Positions 40,489-49,844 of a DNA stretch of 64,000 nucleotides are shown here, one piece after another (positions within the stretch are counted from its first letter, which is position 1; the number at the start of each line of letters is the position of its first letter). The translations under genes were made by a program, and so were the position numbers. Origin of the DNA: an uncultured delta proteobacterium (GTDB lineage: Bacteria; Desulfobacterota; RBG-13-43-22); the NCBI GenBank assembly GCA_963790475.1, contig CAWBOS010000001.1:192529-256528 (forward strand), given 5' to 3'. The notes under the pieces are model-generated. The model had not been told where the DNA came from. It saw only the letters and a list, made by a program, of their open reading frames with translations, and made no database searches.

Positions 40489-41993
40489 GTAACGGAACCA
40501 ACCATACATCAGGTATCATCAGCAAGGTTTGGAGCTTTTGTAATACCTTGCGCGATGATGGAGTGGGCTATGGGGATTATTTAGAGCAGCTTACCTACCT
40601 GCTATTTTTAAAAATGGCCGATGAGTTCAGCAAGCCTCCCTATAACCGGAAATTACCCATTCCAAAGGATTTCACCTGGGAAACCCTTACCGTGAAACGG
40701 GGGGCTGAATTAGAAGCGCATTACATGACTTTGCTTCGTGAGCTGTCTTTTTCTAAGGGCATTTTGGGTCAGATATTCACCAAGAGCCAAAACAAGATTC
40801 AAGATCCGGCCAAGCTCTTCAAGCTTATTGATATGATAGACAAAGAACAGTGGGCCGTGATGAGTACAAATGTCAAAGGCGAGATTTACGAAGGTTTGCT
40901 GGAGAAAAACGCCGAGGATATCAAAAGCGGCGCGGGGCAGTATTTTACACCGCGTGCCTTGATAAAGGCCATGGTTGCCTGTGTGCAGCCTCAACCCATG
41001 AAAACCATTGCCGATCCTGGCTGCGGGACCGGCGGGTTTTTTCTGGCGGCTTATGATTATATTTCCGATTCTAAAAACTTCACGCTGAATAAAGAGCAAA
41101 AAGAGTTTTTGAAAAATAAATCGTTTTACGGCAACGAGATCGTAGCAGGCGCCCGCAGGTTGGCGCTCATGAATATGTTCCTGCACAACATAGGTGATAT
41201 TGATTCGGAAACATTTATTTTGCCTACCGATTCACTTGTGGCCGACACGGGTTTGCGGGTTGATTATGTACTCACCAATCCACCCTTTGGGAAGAAAAGC
41301 AGCATGACCTTTACCAATGAAGAAGGGGAACAAGAGAAAGAAGACCTCACTTATAACCGGCAGGATTTCTGGGCGACGACAAGCAATAAACAACTCAACT
41401 TTGTTCAGCATATCCATACGTTACTCAAAACCAGTGGTAAAGCGGCGGTTGTCTTGCCTGACAATGTATTGTTTGAAGGTGGAGCAGGCGAGACGGTTCG
41501 GGAAAAATTGCTGGAAACAACAGAGCTTCACACAATCCTACGACTGCCGACAGGCGTATTCTATGCACAGGGCGTCAAAGCGAATGTCTTATTTTTTGAT
41601 AGTAAATCAGCAAGTAAAGATCCGTGGACAAGTGAGGTTTGGATATATGATTACCGAACCAACATCCACCATACCTTGAAAAAATCACCGTTAAAGTTTG
41701 AAGATCTCCAGGAATTTATTGTCTGTTACAATCCTGCCAACAGGCATAAGCGCAAAGAAACCTGGCATCCTGAAAAGAATCCTGAAGGGCGCTGGCGTAA
41801 ATTTACTTACGATGAAATTGTAAACCGTGACAAGACCAGTCTGGATATTACCTGGCTCAAAGATAAAAGTCTTGCCGACCTCGACAATCTCCCCGACCCG
41901 GATTTGTTGGCCAACGACATCATTGAGAATTTGGAGGCAGGTATTAACAGTTTCAAAGAGATAATGGAATCATTAAATGGGAATGAAAGGTAG
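40485..41993 (+). CDS. hsdM: Type I RM N6-adenine methyltransferase subunit M
   Basis: GQYFTPR, DPGCGTGGF, NPPF, ILRLPTG. Confidence 0.95.
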   Translation: MSNGTNHTSGIISKVWSFCNTLRDDGVGYGDYLEQLTYLLFLKMADEFSKPPYNRKLPIPKDFTWETLTVKRGAELEAHYMTLLRELSFSKGILGQIFTKSQNKIQDPAKLFKLIDMIDKEQWAVMSTNVKGEIYEGLLEKNAEDIKSGAGQYFTPRALIKAMVACVQPQPMKTIADPGCGTGGFFLAAYDYISDSKNFTLNKEQKEFLKNKSFYGNEIVAGARRLALMNMFLHNIGDIDSETFILPTDSLVADTGLRVDYVLTNPPFGKKSSMTFTNEEGEQEKEDLTYNRQDFWATTSNKQLNFVQHIHTLLKTSGKAAVVLPDNVLFEGGAGETVREKLLETTELHTILRLPTGVFYAQGVKANVLFFDSKSASKDPWTSEVWIYDYRTNIHHTLKKSPLKFEDLQEFIVCYNPANRHKRKETWHPEKNPEGRWRKFTYDEIVNRDKTSLDITWLKDKSLADLDNLPDPDLLANDIIENLEAGINSFKEIMESLNGNER

Positions 41994-42003
41994 GTGGTAA
42001 AAA

Positions 42004-43134
42004 ATGATAACTTCATATGAATTTATTGGAGCACCAAAAGAACCATGGCATTTTTTCCCTGCTAATTTTGGGAGGATTAATCTATTGGTTGGGGCTTCAA
42101 GCTCTGGGAAAACGAGATTCTTGAATACTCTATTCAATTTTTCCGGTTCCATCGCAAAAGGCTCACCTTTTAGAGCAGGGAAATGGAATATTGAGGTATT
42201 ATCAGGATCAAATAGATATCAATGGCAATACGATGGTGGTGATCAACCAGGGACCAAGAATGTTATCCAACGGGAAATACTGAAACTTTACGACTCGGAA
42301 AGAAATGAAAGAATAATAATAGACCGCACACCCGACCAATTTAAATTTCTGGATAATGTTCTCCCGAAACTTCAGAGTGATGTTCCGAGCGTCACGCTCC
42401 TAAAAGAGGAACCTTTAATTCAGCCATTACACCATGTGTTCTCTCATATGCAGCGCCGAACTTTCCATGATGCAGGTCTAAGCGACGCTATAGCCCTTCA
42501 AAATGTTCCCCAGGAAATCATCAACCGCCTTAAAGAACACAGCAGCCTCGAACAAATCTGGTCACAGGAATTTGCTGTCAGTGCCAAGATATTTTTATTA
42601 GAAAAGTTTTATCCTGATTTATATCAAGAAGCTCTTAAGTTCTTAATAGAAGTGTTTCCATTTATACAAGAGGGGAAAATCCGGTTTGTTGCTGGGTCCC
42701 ATAGCCCTCTTCCAACCGGAGAACAGCTTCCAGTTTTCACGATTAAAGAAAAAGGAGTCGAGCGGTGGATACCACTGGCCGAGCTTTCTTCAGGTATGCA
42801 AAAAGTGCTTTTAATAATTACAGATATATTAACTCTTCCGGGAGATTCCATTTATATAATCGATGAATATGAAAATTCTTTAGGTATTAACGCAATAGAT
42901 TTTCTCCCTTCATTTCTCATCGATCATGCTGGCAATAATCAGTTTTTTATAACAACCCATCATCCATACTTGATAAATAATATGCCTATGAAAACTTGGC
43001 GAATATTTACTCGGCAAGGATCAAATGTTCAGATCAGATTAGGTGAAGATTTTGAAGCTCGATTTGGGAAGTCCAAGCAAAAGGCTTTTATCCAGCTCAT
43101 TAATGACCCTATCTATACAGAGGGGGTTCAATGA
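42004..43134 (+). CDS. ABC/AAA_21-type ATPase (defence-associated)
   Basis: Walker A GASSSGKT, signature LSSGMQK, Walker B IIDEYEN, TTHHP. Confidence 0.85.
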   Translation: MITSYEFIGAPKEPWHFFPANFGRINLLVGASSSGKTRFLNTLFNFSGSIAKGSPFRAGKWNIEVLSGSNRYQWQYDGGDQPGTKNVIQREILKLYDSERNERIIIDRTPDQFKFLDNVLPKLQSDVPSVTLLKEEPLIQPLHHVFSHMQRRTFHDAGLSDAIALQNVPQEIINRLKEHSSLEQIWSQEFAVSAKIFLLEKFYPDLYQEALKFLIEVFPFIQEGKIRFVAGSHSPLPTGEQLPVFTIKEKGVERWIPLAELSSGMQKVLLIITDILTLPGDSIYIIDEYENSLGINAIDFLPSFLIDHAGNNQFFITTHHPYLINNMPMKTWRIFTRQGSNVQIRLGEDFEARFGKSKQKAFIQLINDPIYTEGVQ

Positions 43135-43790
43135 ATATCTACTTAGTCGTAGAGGGTCTTGTTGGAGAGAAGCTGGTATATGGTTATTGGGTTCCCTTAG
43201 TTAATCAGTCTTTAAAAGTTGTTGATAGTATAGAGGATGTTACTGATGATTGTCTTTACATCATTTCAGGGGGAGGTTATCCAAACTATTTTGAGGTCAT
43301 TTCAGCCGCTATTGAAGATGTTACAAGTGGCGGTCTTTTTAACAGGCTTGTTATTGCTATTGACTCCGAGGAGATGACATACGAAGATAAGAGGACAGAA
43401 ATTCAAAGCTTTGTGGATGGCCATAATATTCAAATCGATTGCCGGATAGTCATTCAGCATTTCTGCCTTGAAACATGGGCATTAGGAAATCGTGTAATCA
43501 TTACCAGAAATCCAAGAAATTTGCGTATTCGGGAATATAGAAACTATTTTGATGTTCTCCTGAATGATCCTGAGTTACTTCCCTATTATCAAAGAGAAGA
43601 TCTTACCAGATCCCAATTTGCGGAAAAGTATTTAAGGGCCATTTTAAACGAAAAATACAGAAATCTATCATATTCAAAGAGAAATCCACAGGCATTATTA
43701 AACATTAACTATTACGATAGAGTGCGAAGTAGATATTTTGATACGGGGCATATTAGAAGTTTTAGGGACTTTCTTGATGCATTTATCTGA
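43131..43790 (+). CDS. Putative TOPRIM-like nuclease (RloB/DUF4276-like)
   Basis: YLVVEG..GE, IAIDSEE, HFCLETW; ATGA overlap with the ATPase. Confidence 0.6.
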   Translation: MNIYLVVEGLVGEKLVYGYWVPLVNQSLKVVDSIEDVTDDCLYIISGGGYPNYFEVISAAIEDVTSGGLFNRLVIAIDSEEMTYEDKRTEIQSFVDGHNIQIDCRIVIQHFCLETWALGNRVIITRNPRNLRIREYRNYFDVLLNDPELLPYYQREDLTRSQFAEKYLRAILNEKYRNLSYSKRNPQALLNINYYDRVRSRYFDTGHIRSFRDFLDAFI

Positions 43791-43857
43791 AAACGCTTTC
43801 CTGTGAGTCCCCTTCTCACTTGTGGGTGAGGTTATTTTCTGATAGTTATGTTTAACT

Positions 43858-44148
43858 TTATTTTAATTCCGGATCCTCTTCCATAAGGATTGCTTCTTTT
43901 GTCGCCATCTCCAGAAAACGATTCGCGGCTGAAATCAGTCGTTCGCCATCCCCGATTTTAGGAAGAAGCTTGTCAAATTTCTTCTTGAACTCTTTTTCCA
44001 TTTCTTTATGTTTCCGTGCTTGAATTTCGGCCCAGTGTTTCTGTTCATAATCCCGTTGCTTGATAATCGCCTTCCTTAAGGCGGCCAGACCCTGGAATTC
44101 CCTTTTCAGAAACGGGTACTTAGTTCCTGTTTCTTTTTCTTCCTCCAT
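43858..44148 (-). CDS. Hypothetical protein
   Basis: 96-aa charged helical ORF with no recognisable motif. Confidence 0.35.
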   Translation of the reverse strand: MEEEKETGTKYPFLKREFQGLAALRKAIIKQRDYEQKHWAEIQARKHKEMEKEFKKKFDKLLPKIGDGERLISAANRFLEMATKEAILMEEDPELK

Positions 44149-44488
44149 AATACTTTTTATCCGGTCTTACTGCTGCTCTGCAAGGTCCTCTAATTCGTCT
44201 GCCGGCGTCCTGTCGGTTCCGCCGACCTGACTCTCCCGGGGTGAAAAAGGTGCGCCAACCCCGGCATGGGTGATTAATAGATGGGCGATTCTTCGTTTGA
44301 ACTTTAAAACTGTTATCCCCGCTCAGAAACTATGGGCAGCCCGGATCAATACCTGATCAAAACAACCCAAAAGGATATTCTCCCGGAGTGTTTCTCGCAT
44401 TAAAACAGCTAAGGCCATCGGCTATTTTAAAAATATGTAATATGATGTTTGTGCTTGCAATTTGCATATTTTATGCTAACCTTCAGGT

Positions 44489-45658
44489 ATGATTAAAAGA
44501 ACGATTCAACCTGTCCTCGTCGATCTGGCGCGGCGTTATCCGGTAGTGACCATCACCGGGCCTAGGCAAAGTGGAAAAACCACCCTCTGCCGCAAGGTTT
44601 TCCCGACCCTGAAGTATGCCAATCTCGAAGCTCCGGATGTCCGCAGATTCGCCACTGAGGACCCTCGCGGCTTTCTGGCAGGGCACAGCGGCGGGGTTAT
44701 CCTCGATGAGATCCAACGGGTGCCCGACCTTCTTTCCTATATCCAAACTATCGTTGATGAGGACAAAAAGCCAGGGCAGTTTATTCTGACCGGCAGCCAA
44801 CAGTTTGAAGTGATGAATACTATCAGTCAATCTCTTGCCGGAAGGACGGCGCTCCTCAAACTCCTGCCTCTTTCTCTTGCCGAGATCAAGCAAATACATC
44901 CTACTGAAAACATTGACCGGCTCCTGCTCACCGGTTTTTATCCCCGTATCCATGATCAGAAACTAAATCCGACGCAATCGCTTGGTGATTACCTTGAAAC
45001 CTATGTAGAAAGGGACCTTCGCCAGCTCGCCACTGTGAAAGATCTTACCCTTTTCGAAAGGTTTCTGAAACTCTGCGCCGGACGAGTAGGGCAGATATTG
45101 AATCTTCAAAGTCTCGGTAACGATACCGGCATCTCGCATTCCACCGCCCGTTCATGGATGACATTACTTGAGGCCAGCTATATCGTCTTTCTTCTCCAGC
45201 CGTGGTATGCGAACATCTCCAAAAGGCTTATCAAGGCACCCAAGCTCTATTTTCATGATGTCGGTCTGGCTGCATTTCTACTCGGCCTGGAAAATGAGAC
45301 GCAGATCGTCAGAGATCCCCTACGGGGGAACCTTTTCGAAAACCTGGTGGTAGTGGAGGCGTTGAAATACCGATTTAACCGAGGCAGACGGAACAATCTT
45401 TTTTTCTACCGGGAAAGCAATGGAAATGAAGTCGATCTTCTCGCCGAAAACGGCCGAAAGTTGTTTGCGGTGGAGATAAAGTCCGGGGCAACGATCAATC
45501 CGGATTATTTTAAAGGGCTTCATCACTTTGTAAAAGCAGTTGGACCCCACCGGCAGATAAACGGCGGGGTTATCTATGGTGGAAGCGAGACTCAGAAAAG
45601 AAGTGATTTTCCAGTCTATCCAGTAACCCAATGTGAAGAGCTGTTTGCCGAATACTGA
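44489..45658 (+). CDS. AAA+ ATPase with DUF4143 (PD-(D/E)xK-like) C-terminus
   Basis: GPRQSGKT, LDEIQ, LTGS, KAPKLYFHDVG, EVD...VEIKS. Confidence 0.88.
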   Translation: MIKRTIQPVLVDLARRYPVVTITGPRQSGKTTLCRKVFPTLKYANLEAPDVRRFATEDPRGFLAGHSGGVILDEIQRVPDLLSYIQTIVDEDKKPGQFILTGSQQFEVMNTISQSLAGRTALLKLLPLSLAEIKQIHPTENIDRLLLTGFYPRIHDQKLNPTQSLGDYLETYVERDLRQLATVKDLTLFERFLKLCAGRVGQILNLQSLGNDTGISHSTARSWMTLLEASYIVFLLQPWYANISKRLIKAPKLYFHDVGLAAFLLGLENETQIVRDPLRGNLFENLVVVEALKYRFNRGRRNNLFFYRESNGNEVDLLAENGRKLFAVEIKSGATINPDYFKGLHHFVKAVGPHRQINGGVIYGGSETQKRSDFPVYPVTQCEELFAEY

Positions 45659-45716
45659 AAAAAGATCAAGTCACCGTTTGACTTATCAATACGATTCCAG
45701 TTAAAATCTAATCTGT

Positions 45717-46004
45717 TTGCCTTTCCTTCCGCTTTTAGGGGAGATCAAACGGTCTTTTGCAAGCGCGTGCAAAAAGGCGGGGATTAAAGTTTTCACCTTC
45801 CATGACCTCCTGCATACTTGTATAAATAATCGACACCTTCAAGGGCACAACTTCCTCCGGATCATGGCCGCCTCGGGTCACAGGACCATGGAGGTCTTCA
45901 AACGATACAACACAGTGACGGAAGATGAACTAATGAAGCTGGTCAGGGAGCCGATGGACACCTATATGGACACCAAAGAAAAAAAGGAGTTAGTCCCGCT
46001 TTGA
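45717..46004 (+). pseudogene. Tyrosine integrase C-terminal remnant 1
   Basis: FHDLLHT (degenerate HxLRH), SGHRT, RY catalytic Tyr. Confidence 0.75.
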
Positions 46005-46030
46005 ATGGCGGGACTAACCCCTTGAAATTC

Positions 46031-46100
46031 TGGCGTGCCCAAGAGGATTCGAACCTCCGACCGACGGATTCGTAGTCCGGTACTCTATCCACTGAGCTAC
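46031..46100 (-). repeat. 5'-truncated tRNA-Arg copy (att site)
   Basis: ~69 nt matching 47265-47333 with 2 substitutions; lacks the 5' acceptor strand. Confidence 0.85.
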
Positions 46101-46183
46101 TTTTCAATTGATTCCTTGACCCTTTGCCTCGAATCCTTTCTTATGCCTCGTGTCGCCCTACAGGAGCAGGGAGTTTAAAACAC

Positions 46184-46221
46184 TTGACCTAAATCTGAAT
46201 ATCTGATATTCAAATATTCAG
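46184..46221 (+). promoter_or_regulatory. TA promoter/operator
   Basis: TTGACC -35 and perfect palindrome TGAATATC-T-GATATTCA (46196-46212) just before the GGAGG RBS. Confidence 0.6.
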
Positions 46222-46231
46222 GAGGTGGCCT

Positions 46232-46525
46232 ATGGAACTAAATACAACCCGAATAGGGAAAAGGGGGACGGTTGTCATTCCAGCAGGACTTCGTCGTAAA
46301 TACCGGTTGGACGAAGGGTCTTTACTGGTTGCCGAAGAAAAGACGGATGGTATTCTCTTGCGCCCCGTAGTGGCCGTCCCGGTGGAGATTTATTCGCCTG
46401 AACGCCAGGCCGAATTTCTCTTGAATAATGTCACGGATTTAACCGACTATGCCTGGGCTAAAGAGGAGGTTCGAAAATTGGGGCTTGACCCAAATAAAAT
46501 CCCCCATGAAAAACCAAAGAAGTGA
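46232..46525 (+). CDS. AbrB/MazE-type antitoxin
   Basis: IGKRGTVVIPAGLRRKY...GILLRP. Confidence 0.88.
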   Translation: MELNTTRIGKRGTVVIPAGLRRKYRLDEGSLLVAEEKTDGILLRPVVAVPVEIYSPERQAEFLLNNVTDLTDYAWAKEEVRKLGLDPNKIPHEKPKK

Positions 46526-46966
46526 ATGGCTGTTTCTCCCCTCAAGATGAAAAACACGGCCGTCAAAAAAGACCGGATTTTTCTTGATGCTAATGTTTTA
46601 TTTTCCGCCGCTTATGGCAGTCCGGGTTTGAAACGTTTTTGGGAGTTAGCCCGAGAGGGTCGTTGTCGTTTATTAGCCTCCGGCTATGTCGTGGCAGAGG
46701 CCCGACGAAATCTCTCCGATCCGAGGCATTTAAAAAATCTGGAAGATTTGCTGTCCGAGGTTCAAATCATAACGGATGTTGTTTTTCAGATACCCTGCCC
46801 AATTGACCTGCCGGAAAAAGATCGTCCGATATTCTTAGCTGCCATGGCCAGCAAGGCCGATTATCTCATCACTGGCGATCGATCCCACTTCGGAAAATAT
46901 TTCGGCCAGACCATAAAAGGAATAAAAATTCGGAAGCCTAAAGATTATTTCTCAAACCGCCCCTGA
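46526..46966 (+). CDS. PIN-domain (VapC-like) toxin
   Basis: FLDANVLFSA, EARRN, KDRPI, LITGD..HF. Confidence 0.88.
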   Translation: MAVSPLKMKNTAVKKDRIFLDANVLFSAAYGSPGLKRFWELAREGRCRLLASGYVVAEARRNLSDPRHLKNLEDLLSEVQIITDVVFQIPCPIDLPEKDRPIFLAAMASKADYLITGDRSHFGKYFGQTIKGIKIRKPKDYFSNRP

Positions 46967-47104
46967 TCCCTGAATTAGACCCCTCACAGCCTTTAAATTA
47001 ATTGAATTGGCATCTGAATGCACCCCAGAAGATATCCAAACTTATATCGGGGACATGCTGGAAATAGCCGGCAGCTTTTGATTTATGTGTCAGGGCACTT
47101 GCGG

Positions 47105-47225
47105 GCAAAGGGCCGCTTCGGGACAAAGGACCATGGTGGAGGTCTTCAAGCGGTACAACACGGTTTCGGAAGATGAACTGATGAAGCTTGTTAAGGAGCC
47201 GTTGGACACCAAAGAAAAAAAGGAG
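47105..47225 (+). pseudogene. Tyrosine integrase C-terminal remnant 2
   Basis: AASG.RTM.EVFKRYNTVSEDELMKLV; diverged duplicate of 45865-45990. Confidence 0.7.
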
Positions 47226-47255
47226 TTAGTCCCGCTTTGTGGCGGGACTAACCCC
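47214..47255 (-). terminator. Rho-independent terminator downstream of tRNA-Arg (duplicated at ~45979-46021)
   Basis: GTTAGTCCCGC/GCGGGACTAAC stem followed by a T run on the minus strand. Confidence 0.75.
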
Positions 47256-47264
47256 TTGAAATTC

Positions 47265-47340
47265 TGGCGCGCCCAAGAGGATTCGAACCTCCGACCGACG
47301 GATTCGTAGTCCGGCACTCTATCCACTGAGCTATGGGCGC
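47265..47340 (-). tRNA. tRNA-Arg (anticodon ACG)
   Basis: GCGCCCATAGCTCAGTGGATAGAGTGCCGGACT-ACG-AATCCGTCGGTCGGAGGTTCGAATCCTCTTGGGCGCGCCA; full cloverleaf with CCA. Confidence 0.96.
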
Positions 47341-47634
47341 ATTGAAGAAAATATAAACCGAAAGGCCGAAACTGTCAACCCCATTCGGGATTGAAATAAT
47401 TTTAAAAAAGGAGTAAAGGTAACGCTTTGGAATAGTATCTGTTTGGAATAGTATCTGTTACGAGATTACGGTTTGAGGGATTAAGCAAAAGGATTCTGGG
47501 GCTGGTCCGGAAACTTGTAACTCGTAACCCGTAACCTGATGAGGGACTCGCAAAAAGTCGTCACCCCTTCTATGTTGAAAAGCAAGTCTTTTTTATTAGA
47601 GAATGACTTTTTTAAGGTTTTTAAGGTTTTTAAG

Positions 47635-47975
47635 ATAAACCTCTTCACGGACGGCTGCCTGGATGATTTCCTGAGGAGGCTGAACTACCTGCGATAGAAA
47701 CAGGCGGCCATCCGTGAAGAGGTCACTTTTGGCAATTCCTTTTTAACCGCAGGAGATAGCCAAGGAAGCCGATCCGTCGATTAATTGATACCAAACTTGA
47801 GGGCTGGACCAATCTTTCAAATCAACCTTCTATCAGCAGACATATCTTGATGGATCGCTGCAGAATCTTGATAATGTTAAAATCGTGGGCACGGAGTCTA
47901 GTGAAGAGCAGGCATCATCTGCCGATGAGCTGCAGGGGTGACGGACCGTTTATGCCCACGAGCCGATTTATCGGA
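47635..47975 (-). ncRNA. Candidate bridge/seek RNA of IS110 element 2, multi-domain
   Basis: Target loop 47883-47961 with CGTCACCCCT (10/10 to left flank) and TTCACTAG (pairs with the right flank); further stems at 47770-47857, 47730-47762, 47639-47723. Confidence 0.72.
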
Positions 47976-47997
47976 TTGGAAGCACCTCTTCGGGTTA

Positions 47998-49068
47998 TTA
48001 TTGAACTACACCAGGCACATATTCCACCTGGTTCTTTAACACATAACGAATGCGGTTGAGCAGTTTCCGGGCGATCTTGATAATGGCCCTGGTTTTCTTC
48101 ATCCGTTGGCAATATTCATTAAAGGCCAAAAGCAGGACCGGGTCCTTGCGGGCCGCCACCCAGGCGGCTTCGATGAGCAAAGCCCTTAATTGGGGGTTTC
48201 GCCGGTGGGTTAAGTTTTTTATATGTTCGGTCTCCCCACTGGATTCGACATCGGGGATTAATCCGACATAACTGGCCAACTTGTCGAGGGAGGCAAAGCG
48301 GGCCAACTCACCCAGCTCGGTCAGGAAAATCATGGCCGCCAGGGTACTGATCCCCGGGATCGTTTTTAACAACCGGACCATTTCGCGATATTCTGCTTCC
48401 CGGGCAAGCAAAATGATGGACCGGTTTAAAGAAGCGATGATCCGTTTCAGATGATGGAGTTCGTCCAAGTGGGCCTTGAGGGCCACATCGCCACTGGTCC
48501 GCTCCATACGAAGATTTTCGAGACAGCCAAGAAATTTTTGAGACCAATGGCGGTCAACAACTTCTTCGGGCAGAGTAATCCCATAGAAGTAAAGGAGCGC
48601 CTTAATTTGATTTTTACACCGGGTTTGCTTTCTCACCATACTTTGGCGGGTTCGAACCAGACTGCGATCCTCCAGCTTCGGACGGCTCGGGACGTAAATC
48701 CCTTTCAGTTCCCCGCTCCGGAGGCTCCTGCCCAGCTTGCGGCTGTCGGTTCGATCCCGCCTAGTGGTCCGTTCTTTATTGGTCGTCGGGACATCGGCCG
48801 GGTTGACCACGATGCAATTCACCCCTTTTTCCTGAAGCTGATCGTGAGCCCAGAAGCCGCTAAACCCGGCCTCATAGGCCGCCTGATAGCTCGCTCCAGG
48901 AAAGTTCTTTCGAAGATAATGGACCAGTTTGTCTGCTTCTGGAGGTTGGGTAAAAGTCTTATGCTCGCACTGTCTAGAAAAAATGCTCACGCTCCAACTC
49001 TTCTTGTGGACATCCAGTCCCACGTAAATCGATTGACCCGAAAAATCCAATTTGTTAATCTGTACCAC
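47998..49068 (-). CDS. IS110 family DEDD recombinase/transposase
   Basis: VGLDVHK, YEAG, RDRTD, IPGIS, YVGLIP..ESSG, IARKL. Confidence 0.95.
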   Translation of the reverse strand: MVQINKLDFSGQSIYVGLDVHKKSWSVSIFSRQCEHKTFTQPPEADKLVHYLRKNFPGASYQAAYEAGFSGFWAHDQLQEKGVNCIVVNPADVPTTNKERTTRRDRTDSRKLGRSLRSGELKGIYVPSRPKLEDRSLVRTRQSMVRKQTRCKNQIKALLYFYGITLPEEVVDRHWSQKFLGCLENLRMERTSGDVALKAHLDELHHLKRIIASLNRSIILLAREAEYREMVRLLKTIPGISTLAAMIFLTELGELARFASLDKLASYVGLIPDVESSGETEHIKNLTHRRNPQLRALLIEAAWVAARKDPVLLLAFNEYCQRMKKTRAIIKIARKLLNRIRYVLKNQVEYVPGVVQ

Positions 49069-49156
49069 GGCAAGTCTCCTTTCGGTTTGTTTTTTTACCC
49101 TAAAAAAAGTATATCCGAAAGCTTCGAGACTTGCCTTTCTTTTTCAATCATAAGGT

Positions 49157-49265
49157 CTGGTGAAAACCGGGGTCCAGGGGTTTTATAACCTGTTGAAGTC
49201 CCTGGATTCCGACTTTCGTCGGAATGACTCAAATGGGCTTTCAGCGACTTTTTGCGAGTCCATCA
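49157..49265 (+). repeat. Right part of the interrupted family D repeat (left part 47537-47568)
   Basis: Closely matches 33755-33848; outer TIR GACTCGCAAAAAGTCG / CGACTTTTTGCGAGTC. Confidence 0.8.
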
Positions 49266-49315
49266 CCTGATAACGGCCAACAGGTATTACATAAGACAAC
49301 GTCTGATAATGGAGG

Positions 49316-49750
49316 ATGAAAGATTCTATGACCACAACGAATTGTGTCTTTTGTAAAATTATTGCCGGAAAAATCCCGGGCATAAAAGTGCTGGAAGACG
49401 ACCGGTCTTTGGCCTTTATGGATATCAATCCTCGTTCAGATGGTCATTGTCTGATAATCCCCAAGACTCATGCCCCGACCCTTTTCGATATCGGAGAGGA
49501 TGATCTGCAGGCGGTAACGCACACGGCCAGGAAAGTGGCTATGGCTATCAAGACCTCGCTGGCACCGGACGGCATGCTTGTTTATCAGCTTAACGGACGG
49601 GCGGCCATGCAGCTTGTCGACCATTTTCATCTTCACCTGGTCCCGCGGTGGGAAAACGACGGGGTGGATTTGTCCCACGGCTTTCAGCCCGGGGACCCGG
49701 AAAAGATCCGGGCAATTGCTGCCAAGATCGTTGGGGCGATATCGGATTAA
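49316..49750 (+). CDS. HIT family hydrolase
   Basis: CVFCKI, AFMDINP..GHCLIIPK, HFHLHLVPR. Confidence 0.92.
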   Translation: MKDSMTTTNCVFCKIIAGKIPGIKVLEDDRSLAFMDINPRSDGHCLIIPKTHAPTLFDIGEDDLQAVTHTARKVAMAIKTSLAPDGMLVYQLNGRAAMQLVDHFHLHLVPRWENDGVDLSHGFQPGDPEKIRAIAAKIVGAISD

Positions 49751-49844
49751 GGTTCAAGGTTCAGGGTTCGAGGTTAAAGGTTAAAATTGAAAGAACGAGC
49801 GCAAAAGCATTAATTAAGTCGTTTGAAAAAAGCACCGCAATTTC

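Larger units (their letters stand above)
47569..49156 (-). mobile_element. IS110-family element 2 (IS1111-like, subterminal IRs), inserted in a family D repeat
   Basis: Flanks GTCGTCACCC-CT | CT-GGTGAAAACCGGGG; subterminal IR TATGTTGAAAA / TTTTCAATCATA; junction promoter TTGCTT-17nt-TATGAT; left end uncertain by 1-3 nt. Confidence 0.85.

Noticed and set aside
46031-46100. Second functional tRNA-Arg
   Set aside because: 5' acceptor strand missing; interpreted as an att duplicate
47426-47459. 16-bp tandem duplication TTTGGAATAGTATCTG (similar 15-bp duplication at 28022-28051)
   Set aside because: Only two units; consistent with local slippage, no function inferable
48451-49188. 245-aa ORF antisense to IS110 recombinase 2
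   Set aside because: Shadow frame; runs past the element end into the repeat
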